DNA of 64,000 nt, taken from positions 112,842,001 through 112,906,000 of the forward strand of contig NC_045696.1 of the NCBI RefSeq assembly GCF_009834535.1, read 5' to 3'. Shown here piece after piece: positions 38,958-50,280 of this stretch. The notes beneath the pieces are model-generated. The model saw nothing but the letters and a program-made list of their open reading frames with translations, did no database searches and had not been told where the DNA came from. The position numbers and the translations under genes were made by a program. Source of the stretch: Camelus ferus (lineage: Eukaryota). Every line of letters begins with the position of its first letter. Position 1 is the first letter of the stretch.

Positions 38958-40003
38958 AAAAAATTAATATCATACCTATTATATCATCTAGCCATTAGGA
39001 AAAAACTGAAGAACAATAACAAACCAATAAATTTTTAAACTTCATATGTATAGAAACTGAATAATTATTACTAAGTAACCCCTCCACCAGAGCAAAAAAA
39101 CTCATAAGGGGAATCTAAAATCATTAAGAGGTAGAAAACTATACAAACATTTTATCAAAAATTTCAGGCCACAGCTAGAGCAATGTGTAGTAGGAAATGT
39201 ACAGCTGTAAATGCACACAGCACAAAACAAAAAACATTGGGGAAAAAAGGAATAACAAAGGAAGCTGGGAATAGAACAATAAAAGAAATTCAATGAAACT
39301 AGAAGGAAGGCAATAATAGAGATAAGTGAAGTAATTGAAGAAATAAAAAACACACTGAAATAATCACAAAGATTAGTAAAATCAAAAGCCAGAATTTTGA
39401 AAACCTCAATAAGATAGAATGATGACAAGATAGTTAAATATCCCATTCACTTATGAACATGGATCCCAAGTTAATTAAATAAAAGATAGATAGAACAAAA
39501 CCTTCTACTAATATAATTAACAACGTTGTAAAAAATAAGGTAAGTAGGATTTATCCCAGTAATGCAAGAAAGTTTGATATCAGGAAATCCATCCATGCAA
39601 TACACACTAGTAAGGAATTAAAGAAGGAAAATTGTATGATTAGTTCAATAGATGCTGAAAAAGTAATGGTAAATGTTTATCAACAATTTTTTATTAAAAT
39701 ATCCAGAAAACTAGAAATAGAAACTTCCTAAATTTCTATATATCTAAAAAACTATAACAAACATGCCAAAATGGAAACACCATAGACACATTCCAATTAA
39801 GATTATAATCAAAAAAAGAATGTTATTACCATCAAACATAGAACTTAAGGTCTTGTCCAATGGCATATGCAAAGCAAAAAAAAAATGAGATATGAAAATT
39901 ATTTCCCAGATGTGATTATTTCCATTGAAAACACAGAAGAATCAATAAATATTTAAATTAACAACAGTACAGCCAAGTTGGTAGCTGTAAAGTCATTTCT
40001 CTA

Positions 40004-40665
40004 GCCCTTGTACACTGTTGGTGGGAATATAAATTGGTGCAGCCACTGTGGAAAACGATATGAAGTTTTCTCAAAAAACTAAAAATAGAACTACCAAATG
40101 ACCCAACAATTCCACTCCTGGATATATACCCCCCCCCCAAAAAAAGCCAAAAACACTAAGTTGAAAAGATACATACACTCCGATGTTAATAGCAGTATTA
40201 TTTACAACTTCCAAGATATGGAAGCAACATAAGGGTCCATCAACAGATGACTGGATAAAGATGTGATATATACACAGACTGGAATACTGCTCAGTCATAA
40301 AAAAGAATGAAACTTTGCCATTTGCAGCAACATGGATGGACTTGGAGGGCATTATGCTAAGTGAAATAAGTCAGACAGAGAAAGACAAATACTGTATGAT
40401 ATCACTTATATGTAGACTCCCCAAAATACAACAAACTAACAAATACAATTAAAAAAAAAAAAAGCAGACTCAGAGAACAAACTAGGGGTTACCAGTGGGG
40501 AGGGCGGGATGGGCAATATAAGGGGAGTGGGAGTTACAAACTGTTGGGTGTAAGATAACTGGAGGTTGTATTGTACAACCCAGGGAATAGAGCCAGTATC
40601 TTGTAGTAACTGTGAATAGAAAGTAACGTTTAAAAATTATATAAAAAATTAAAATTTTAATTTCG
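40004..40665 (+). mobile_element. 5'-truncated LINE-1 (ORF2 end plus 3'UTR)
   Basis: 'cccttgtacactgttggtgggaat...gcagcaacatggatggacttggagggcattatgctaagtgaaataagtcagacagagaaagacaaatac'; degenerate TSD aaagtcatttctcta (39989-40003) / aaagccatccctcta (40666-40680). Confidence 0.92.
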
Positions 40666-40776
40666 AAAGCCATCCCTCTAAATCAACAATAACCAAATAG
40701 ATAATAAGATATAGACTACAGATAACAGGAGGTAAAATAAGATGTGGCTCAAAATCGCAAGTGAAAATATAAACTA

Positions 40777-41110
40777 TCAGGATCAAACAGGGAAAGAGAA
40801 ACCATTTTCAGGTTTTCAAATTAACAGAATTAAAGCCGTGGATTGGTTTCAAACGTGCTGGAAGACCTGAAGAGCAAGATGGTACAGCGAGCAACTCAGA
40901 GACCAGCAAGAGGAAGACCGGGCTCCCGCTGCCGAGCGGGGACGGGGCCGCTCACCTCCAGCCGCCGGACCCGGGTGGATGGACCCGCCGCCTGGAGGAA
41001 ACAGAGGGAGTCATTGTGGCTTCTCCCTTCCTCTTGCCCCCGTTCCCATCGCTGCTTCTGATCGCCCCACCAAGCGGGAGGCCAGCTGACGCGGGAGCCT
41101 GGGAAGCAGG
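40777..41110 (-). mobile_element. Ancient LTR remnant (ERVL/MaLR type, subfamily uncertain)
   Basis: 'cagggaaagagaaaaccattttcagg...ctggaagacctgaagagcaa...caactcagagaccagcaa...ggcttctcccttcctc...gccagctgacgcgggagcctgggaa' resembles old eutherian LTRs read antisense. Confidence 0.5.
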
Positions 41111-41230
41111 GCTCATCTACCCCGCGTGGCAGCACCTTCCGGGTGGATCCGCTTCCAGGCTCCCGGCTCCGCGTTCTACTAGCAGCTTCCTCTGGTGGAA
41201 GGCCCGTGCAGCCTTCCGGCTGTTGCTAGT
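40915..41230. promoter_or_regulatory. Small CpG-island-like core, candidate promoter
   Basis: About 26 CpG (hand count) in ~300 bp within a CpG-depleted window; ETS-like CTTCCGG at 41136-41142 and 41213-41219; RFX half-site GTTGCTAG 41222-41229; minus-strand donor GAG|GTGAGC at 40956/40955. Confidence 0.55.
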
Positions 41231-41360
41231 ACCCTGATCCTTCCCACCTCTGTTTTGCTTCCCTTAGACCTTCCTACGAATCTATACATAGTCCCTCTAA
41301 ACTTTTCAGTTAAATCCTCTGAGCTCTGAGGGTGCCGTTTGCTTCCTGACTTACATACGC
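41170..41360 (+). mobile_element. Second ancient LTR remnant, inverted relative to 40777-41110
   Basis: Reverse complement 'cgtaggaaggtctaagggaagcaaaacag...cagggtactagcaacagccggaagg' aligns loosely with 'cgtgctggaagacctgaagagcaagatgg...cagagaccagcaagaggaag'. Confidence 0.4.
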
Positions 41361-42944
41361 TAAGTAGGAAATGGTAAGACACGCTACAGCAATAAATCAG
41401 ATTCCTTGAACTATGCACACAAACTGTGTTTTCCTCTGGAATTATCTTATGTTGTCAGAAAAAGAAAAATCAGACTTTAACAATGAGAGGATTCTTTCCT
41501 AAAATTTGAAATAAGATATAATTTAGCCCACGTCTTCCTCCAGTGAGGAAAGTATTTCAACAGCGGTTTGCCGCTTGTGTTTCCTTAAGCAGCACTGAAA
41601 GGGCAAAGAGCTTTAAAAGCAACCCCCAAAGTAAATAAATAAGAATAAAAAGTCCTTTGTAGGACACATTGCACCAAGAGCTTCCAATCACTGGGTTCCA
41701 ATTACTGTCCAACAAGAGTTCTGTTTAACTTCTTTAACTATTTTTCTCTTCTTTATTTTTTTGATTTTGAATTCTTAAAAATGCATAATTTGGAGAGAGC
41801 TGAAGTGGTCATCTGTAAATTTGATTATTCCTTCTTTAGATAGCTGTAATACATGGCATCATTATTAATTAATGATTAATTGATGATTAATATTTTTTAA
41901 ATAATGTAGTATCTTCATTATATGTTCTGAAATGTCTAAACTCAGAACCAGTCTCTTCATCACAAACTGTAGTTTCATTGTAGAATTTGATTTGTATAAG
42001 AGTAGTTCCTGGATATATAGCTGAAATTAAAACTAAAAATCTGCAGAAGATTTGCAAGCTACCCTCTACATTACGATGAAGGACTTTATCCAAGATTTCT
42101 CCCTAGGCTGTTTCATTATTTTTCCCCTAAGAAGAAAAATAATTCAATTTTGATGTCAGGGATGCCAAGCAACTTTAACTGCCTTTGATAGTGACAGAAT
42201 AGAAGAATAATTTAGGGTTTTTCATTTTACTAGAAATTTGTTGTTTTGTGTGTATGCATTAAAAATATCCTATTAAATGCCCTTTAATATTAAAGAGAAG
42301 CAAATGTTTTGACAGTGCTGTATCTGTTGGTGTTTTCAGGGTCACCATGGCTTCATGGTGGGGAGTCACATCCACAGTAAAATCTTACAGATCTGGCCCC
42401 ATCTGTATAATGTGACTGTTTTTTACTTGATTCTATTATTTCTGGCAAATACTCATATGTTGTAGAAAATTATTTTACACATTTGGATTTTAAATGTATT
42501 CTTAATAAATTTCACTTCAAGAGCTGTTGCCCAGTATTTCTCAACATAAAAATCAGCATAATTTTTTATCTACCACACTAAAGCAAATGTTTAAATATCT
42601 AAGTTCAAGGTCCTAGGCTTCTGTGGCTAATAATGAATTCGTGAGTTGCAATGAGAGAAGTGTTCCTAGCTGCTTCATTCTCACCCCAGGTCATTGTGAG
42701 GAGCTCTGAGTCTGTTAAAGATCCTAAAAATTTCTGATGGGTAATAATTTTTATCAGTCTCATGTGCTATTCAGTGGTATGAGTGGACATTAAGGAAACC
42801 ACGTACTGACTTCCATTCTAGAAGATTGTTAGTGAAAATGCGGAAGACAGAGGAAAGAAGAACTCAAAGAGGTAAATATAGTCATAAAAACATATTTAAG
42901 TTTCCTGGAGAAGCAAAACTTCAGCTTGAATTATTAGGCTTAGA

Positions 42945-43164
42945 GCAAAGCCCTTTCGCTTTGGCCCTAATGACAGTTTGGGCTGGGTAATTCTTTGCTA
43001 TGGGAATCTGCCCTGTTCATTGTAGGATATGGAAAAACATCCCTGGTCTCTAATCAGTGAGAGACAATAGCACCCCCTGCCACAGACTGTGACCACCAGA
43101 CACATCTCCGTTCATTGCCAAGTATCTCCCAGAAGGACAACTCACTGTCACTTGGGAACCACTG
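42945..43164 (+). mobile_element. MER20 hAT-Charlie element
   Basis: 'tgacagtttgggctgggtaattctttg...ccctgttcattgtaggat...catccctggtctcta...aatagcacccc...tgtgaccacca...cattgccaa...gggaaccactg'. Confidence 0.85.
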
Positions 43165-45129
43165 TCTTAGAGAAAGGAATATTTCCTTAGATAAAGGAGT
43201 AGGTGAGCTCCAGAAATTGACCATGAAAGAAAGGGCAATGGTGTAGCAGGGTTCAAAACATGCAGATGAGATCAAAGGTACTTAAGTAGGAACTCATATG
43301 GGATGGAAAAAAAGATGATAGAATAATAGAAGGACAATGATAGAAGGGAAAAAATGGGAGGATAAGTGAAGAGGTTTTAGATAAGAGAGGTGGCAAGTTA
43401 AGGAAATATCTTATTTGAGAAAAGTAGACAGAGGGGGCCCATGTGGGGAATCAGAAGCTAAGATTGGAAAAGCATCTCCTACAGAGTAAGCAGGAGGAGA
43501 AGTAATTGTCAACTGGGTCATGGCTTAATGGGGACACTGAGGCTCTATGAACAGGAGTCAATCAGAAGAAGTTAACTGATCCTGTGGGAATATTCAGCCA
43601 ATCATAACTGCCATATCACCTTCTCCAGGAAAACTCAGCTTCCAGACGTGCCGCTAAAGGAAATGATTTTGTTATTCACCAAAAATTGGGAATCAGCAAA
43701 GCTCACAAGACAGAAAGCCAAAGGAGAAAGTATTTCTGTGTAGCTGTCAAGAACATCAATTTCAATGATACATTAAGGCTCAGGTAAGTAATAAAAAGGT
43801 GGGAAATAAGGAAGGGGAGGTTTTTCAGTGAGAGAACAGGTTCTGCAAGGGTGACAATGAGGGAGATAAATGGAATTCACGGTCCAAAAGCTAAATTTCA
43901 GTGCTAGGAATCTTCATCAGTTCCAGGTGAAACAAAGAGCCAGAGAAGCTGTTAGAAAATGAGGAGGGTAACAAAACTTTGGGGTCAACATCCTGGGAAA
44001 GTTGTAAACACTGACCCTAAAACAACCAAAGAAAAGGTTAGGAAAAGGAGGGTAGAAAATACCGCAGGAAAACCAATATAAATGATGATAATAAAAACAA
44101 TGCCCTTAAATTCAAGAAACTTTTAAATTTCCAAATCATAACTATGTTCACTTTCAAAAGAAAGAATTTTAATCCATCATCTGTATCCAAAAATACTAAA
44201 TCAAAATGTTCTGTAAAGTTCCCACAAAATAAATTTCTCAAACTTTAAATATCCTTAACAATTTTTCTTCAAATTTGGCTTTCTTTTCATTGCTCATTAA
44301 GAGAGGAAATCCTGCCAAAGCTGAAATGTATAGTTTTACCCAATTTTGGTTAAATTAAAGTTTAAAAGACATTTTCATGATTATTTTTTTACATTATCTC
44401 CCCATGCAGAAAGATTCTGGATAACCTGTTCAAGGTTCCCCCAAGTAGGCCAAGATTTTGTTCAAGCTTGAGAATGTTAATCTGACTACCAATCTTCAGT
44501 TAATTTTTCCAGTAAAAATGTTTTTTTCATTTTTCTGATCCCTTTCATCAGAGAAGAAGCACAATGTGGGAAAAATCGTGTTTAGATTACACCTTTAAAC
44601 TTATTTCTTTACATTTAAGTTAAACTACTTTGTCTTTTAACTACTTTTAAGGCAAAGTTGAAGACTAGATTTCAGATGAGACTTAGCTATAGAGGAGATG
44701 ACTCACCTCCAAAACTAGGCAGGTAGGAAGGAAGCTAGTATAATATTTTTGTTTAAACTATGGCTATAAATGAGTACTAAATCAGACTCTCTCATCCTTA
44801 AGAAATGTTTTCAATTTTTATTTTCTATAGTTTGTTATAAAAAAAAAGTCTATCGAATGTGCGTTTTAAAGCTACACATTCTCCTCTTATTCTGAATCAT
44901 ATTATTACCCTCCTAACACTCCTTAACACTCATCACATTAAACCCAGTATTTTGTAGTCATCTCCATTTTTTTCTATATTGATAAACACCAGCTATCACT
45001 AAAAAATAGAGGTCATAATCACTAATAAATATTCACTAGTAAATAATTCAAACTGGCTGTTGCTACAGCCAAAGTATGGAAGCAAAAGCAAATCATCCAA
45101 ACTGACTGACAATATTTACCCAAGATTTG

Positions 45130-46205
45130 TTTACTACAGTATGACCCAGAATTCCACTTAGAGGTATATATCTGAGATAAATGAGTATCTATGTCCACCA
45201 AAAAGCATGTTCAAAAATATTCACACCAGTGTTATACAGAATATCCAAAAACTGAAAATAATCTATATGTAACTAAACAAAATAAAGGATAGCAATGGAA
45301 TATTATACAGCGGTAAAAAGGTTGAATAATAAACAAATTCAGCAATGTGGCAGCTTACAAGATAAATATTTTAAAAACTCAATAGTACTTCCATATAGTA
45401 GCAGTGACCAAACAAATAATAAAATTAAGAAACAACCTCATTTTAAGTAACAACAATAAAAAAAATGAGAAATAAAATTTAACAAAAGAAGTACAAGGCA
45501 TAAAAAGTATTGAAAGAAATGAAAGAAGATCCAAATAAATGGAAATATACTCCACATTCATGGATCAGAAGACAACATTATTTAGATGGTAATACTCCCC
45601 AATTAGATCCACAGATCTGGTGTCAACCCTATCAAAATCTCAGCTCTCTTTTTTGAAAAAGTTGACAATCTGGACCCAGTTTAGTCAAAAAAAAAAAAAA
45701 AAAGGAAAAAGAATCAAAAATGAAAGGATTCACACTTTCTGCTTTCTGATTTCAAAACCTACCACAAAGCTATACTAATCAAGACAATGTGATACTGTAT
45801 TTAAAAAGACAAAGATCAATAGAACAGAATTGAGTCCAGAAATAACCTTCACATTTACTGTCAATTGATTTTTGATAAAAATGTCAAGACAATTCAATAG
45901 GGAAAAAAATTGTCTTTTAAACAAATGTTGCCTGAAAATTTGGATCTCTACATACAGAAGAAATTTTAGACCTGAACTTCATACCATACACCAAAATTAA
46001 TTCAAAATGGACCCTATACCTAAATGTAATAGCTACAAGTATAAAATTCCTCAAAGAAAACATCGGAGTAAATCTCCGTGACCTTGAATTAAGCAATGAT
46101 TTCTTAGATGTGACACCAAAAGCACAGCAACAAAAGAAAAAATAGGTAAGTTTGACTTCATTAAAATTTAAAAATTTTATGCATCCAAAACAGTCTCAAG
46201 AAAGA
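45130..46205 (+). mobile_element. Old L1 fragments: L1ME-like (45130-45320), then L1MB-like ORF2 (45325-46205)
   Basis: 'atgacccagaattccact', 'cattcatggatcagaagac', 'cataccatacaccaaaattaattcaaaatgg', 'gcaatgatttcttagatgtgacaccaaaagcaca'. Confidence 0.8.
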
Positions 46206-46210
46206 GCAAA

Positions 46211-49200
46211 GAGAAGGAGGTGGCAAAGATAGTTGAGTAAGAAGACCTTGAACTCACTTTTTCTCATGGGCATACCAAAATTATAACTACTTACAGGACA
46301 ACTATATTTGAGAACAACCTGAAGACTAGCAGAAATTAGTTTCCCCAACTAAAGACATGAAGAAGGAAGTGCAAAGAACTGATAGGAGGGACAAAGATAC
46401 AATATAGTCCCACCATGGATCAGCAGGACAGAAGCTGGAAGACTCTCGCAATCATAGAGGTCCTCCCTAAAGAGCGAGGGGTTTCAAATCCCACATCAGA
46501 CTCCCCAGCTCAGGAATCCTGCACAGGAACACAAGCCCCCAGAATATCTGGCTTTGAAAATCACTGGGGCTAATGTTCAGGTGAGTAAGAGAACTATGCT
46601 TTTAAACATAGACGTGCTCTAAAGGGCCATACACAAAATCTCATACATTCCGAGTCCTAGCACAAAGGCAGTAGTCTGAAAGCAGCCTGGTTCAGACCCA
46701 CTTGCTGGTCTTGTAGAGCCTCCCAAAGAAGCAAGGGGTAACTGAGATCTCTCCCAGGAATGGAGGCAACGGCAGGAGCCATATTTAGGAGCTTGTTCTA
46801 TCACAATTACACTTGCACTGGCAAGCACCATTTTGGAATCCTACCTCTAGCCTATGTGCCAGGGACACAGTCTTATGCACCAGCAGACCAGCACCATCCC
46901 TGAGCCTTGGGCCACACAGCCAACTGAACAGGAATTCTGCCTCACCCTCAACTGAGTCCACAGCAACTGCATGAGATATGGTCTCAAAGACAAGTGGTCC
47001 AGAGGCCAGCCCCACATGCCAAGGTGCCCACAGTAACCAGCCCCACCACAACAGAAGGGTGCATGCAGCCCACATAGGTGGCACCCCTAGAGCATATAGC
47101 TCTGGTGAACATAAAGGAGCTTGCTGTTGGGCCTTGTAGAACATCTCCAAGATTGGGAAACATAACCAACCTAACTAACATATAGGGGGGAAAAGCCAGA
47201 AAATTGGGCAAAATGAGGAGACAGAGGAATATGTTCATAATAAAGGAACAAGAAAATTTACCTTAGAAAGAGAGCTAAACAAAGTGGAGATAAGCAGTCT
47301 ACCTGATAAACAGTTCAAGGTAATGATCATAAAGGTGATCACTGAACTCAGGAGAAGGATGGATTAGCACAATGGAAATTTCAACAAGGAATAGAAAATA
47401 TAAGGAAGAACCAAACAGAGCTGAAGAATATATTAACTGAAATTTTAAAATTCACTAGAAGGAATCAACAGTAGATTAGATGATTCAGAGGAACGGATTA
47501 GCAATCTGGAAGACAGAGTAGTGGAAATGACCCAAAATAAACAAACCAAAAAAAATTTTAATGAGGATAATTTAAGAGACCTCTAGGACAACATCAAGCA
47601 TATTAACAGTCACTTTATAAGGGTCACAAAAGGAGAAGAGAGAGTCAGAAAAGGGCAGAGAACTTATTTGAAGAAATAGTAACTGAAAGTTTCCCTAACC
47701 TGAAGAAGAAGACAGACATCCAAGTCCAGGAAGCACAGAGAGTCTCAAAAACGATGAACTTCAATAGATCTACACCAAGACATACTATAATTCAAAAAGC
47801 CAAAAGTTAAATATAAAGAGAGAATCTTAAAAGTAGCAAGAGAAAATCAACTAATTGCATACAAAGGAACTCCCAATAAGACAACCAGTTGACTTCTCAG
47901 TAGAAACTTTGCAAGCCAGAAGGGATTAGCACAGTATATTTAAAGTGATGAAAGGAAAAAACTGACAACCATGAATACTCTACCTGGCAAGACTATCATT
48001 CAGATTTAAAGGAGAGATAAAGAGCTTTACAGACAAGCCAAAGATAATATAGTTAAGCATCACTAAACTGGCTTTACATGAAATGTTAAGGGACTTCTAT
48101 AAGCAGAAAAGAAAAGGCTACAACTAGAAATATGAAAATTATGAAAGGAAAAATACCACCGGCAAAGACAAACATATAGTAAAGGTAGTAGATTGACCAC
48201 TTATAACGTTAGTAGGAAGGTTAAAGTCAAAGGTAGTAAAATCACATGTATCAACAATAAGTAGTTAAGGAATACACAAAACAAAGAGATGCAAAACATG
48301 ATGTCACAAGCATTAAGTGTAGGGGGATAAAAATGTAGGGTGGTTAGAATGCATTCAAATTTAGGAGATTATCAACTTAAAATATATATTTTAATTAATT
48401 TATTTTATTTAATATATACATATATTAAAGATTATTTTGTGGTTACCATGAGATTCATATATAACAACACATATCTCTATATGAATTTCATAGCAGTCAC
48501 ACATGAAATTTAAGATACACACACAAAAAAGAGAAAGGAACTCAAACATAACACTAAAGACAGGCACCGAATCACAAAGGCAGAGAGCAAAGAAGAAGAA
48601 AGGAACAAAAAAAAGAACTATAGTAACAAAACCAAAATAATTCAAAATATGGAAATTAGTACGTATCTATCAATAATTACTTTAAATGTAAATGGAATAA
48701 ATGCTCTAATCAAAAGACACAGAGTGGCTGAATGGATTAAAAAATAAGTAAAACTCATATTTGTGCTGCCTATTAGAAACTCACTTCAGATCTAAAGGCA
48801 CACACACACTGAAAGTGAGGGGATGGAAACAAGTATTCCATGCAAATGGAAATGAAACGAAAGTCGGGGTAGCAATAACTGTATCAGACAAAGTAGACTT
48901 CAAAAGAGAGACAAAGAAGAATATTATAAAGGGATCAATCCAAGTAGAAGATATAACAATTGTAAATATATATGCACCAAAAGTGGGAGCATCTAAATAC
49001 ATGCAGCAAATAGTAACAACCACAAAGAGAGAAACTGACAGTAACACAATATTAGTAGGGGACTTGAACACCCCACTTACATTAATGGACAGATCATTCA
49101 GACAAAAAATCAGTAAGAAGACACTGGTCTTAATACATTAGATCAGATTGAATTAACAAATATATATATATATATATATTGAACATTCCATCCCAAAGCA

Positions 49201-49222
49201 GCATAATATGCATTCTTTTCAA
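46211..49222 (+). mobile_element. 5' half of a LINE-1: 5'UTR, decayed ORF1 (47213-48102), ~550-bp inter-ORF spacer and ORF2 endonuclease (48649-49222)
   Basis: ORF1 starts MRRQRNMF and ends with a frameshifted EML(K)GLL-stop; ORF2 starts MEISTYLSIITLNVNGINALIKRHRVAEWIKK, then CCLLETHF...VNIYAP...ILVGDLNTPL (APE endonuclease motifs). Confidence 0.93.
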
Positions 49223-50280
49223 AACCACAGCAAGATGCTACCTCATACCTACTATGCCTGAGAGACTCCAAAAGATGACTAGTAGCTAGTGTTGGGGAGG
49301 ATGTGGGGAAGTTGGAACTCTCCTACATTGTTGGTGGGAACGGATAATGCTGCAGCCACTGTGGAAAACAGTTTGGCAGTTCCACAAAATGCTATCATAT
49401 ATAATGACCCAGCAATTGCCCTCCTAGGGATAGACCCTAAGAAATGAGAATATATGTCTACACAAAACTTGAACAAGCATGTTCAAAGGAGCATTATTCA
49501 TAATAGCCAAAATGTAGAGACAACCCAAATGGCCATCAAATGACAAATGCATAAACAAAATGTGATATTATTATTCAGCAATAAAAATCACTGATATTAT
49601 ACGATTCTTGAAAAAAGTATATGCTAAGTGAAAAAAGCCAGTGGTAAAGGACCATGTATTATATAAATTCACTTACGCGAAATGTTCAGATCAGGCAAAT
49701 CTGCAGAGATGGAAAGTGGATTCGTGGTTGCTCAGGGCTGGGCAGGTTTGGGAGGGAAAGAGGGATGGGCAGGAATGGGAAATGACTGCTAATGTGTATG
49801 GGATTTCTTTGGGGATGTTAAAAATGTTTAAAATTAGATTTGGTGATAGTTGCATATCTCTTTGAATATACTAGAAAACGCTGAACTGTGTACTTTAAAT
49901 GGGTAAATTTCATCTTTTGTAGAATAGATGTCAATAAAGCTGTTTTTAAAAAAAGAACAAGACCCAGCTATGATATACACATTATAAATGAATCTCACAG
50001 ACATTTAGTGAGCAAGTAAGCCAGACACAAAAGACTATACACAGTATGAATCCATTTCCATGAAATTCAAGAACTGATCAAATTAATCAATAATAATATA
50101 AGCCAGAATATTGTTTACCTCTGGGAGAATACATGTTGACCAAGAAAGGGCACAAGAGAACCTTCTGGGCTGCTGGAAATGTTCTGTATCTTGATTTGGA
50201 TAGTTGCTACATGTATACCTTATCAATGTCTATTCAATATTAGTGGACTTTATGCTCTTAACAGTTTGTAGAAAGTTAAA
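49223..50280 (+). mobile_element. Continuation of host elements: L1MB-like 3' end (49223-49950), then L1ME-like 3' end (49950-50280)
   Basis: 'aaaaccacagcaagatgctacctcatacctact' (TT.RY.L.P remnant); L1MB UTR 'gggaaatgactgctaatg...tcaataaagctgtt'; L1ME UTR 'cttctgggctgctggaaatgttctgtatcttgat'. Confidence 0.8.

Larger units (their letters stand above)
37480..40003 (+). mobile_element. Mosaic of old degraded L1 ORF2 fragments (endonuclease and RT regions)
   Basis: ORF remnant KLDSCCTPYTKINSRWI; RT remnant 'gtaggatttatcccagtaatgcaag...tcaatagatgctgaaaaa' (VGFIP.MQ...SIDAEK) at ~39540-39665. Confidence 0.75.

Noticed and set aside
43744..43790. Perfect donor CAG|GTAAGT as a 40-nt exon
   Set aside because: Weak acceptor, probable decayed repeat context, no partner exons
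48761..49141. 126-aa endonuclease ORF as a domesticated gene
   Set aside because: Lies in a decayed L1 with an upstream stop, indels and a non-ATG start
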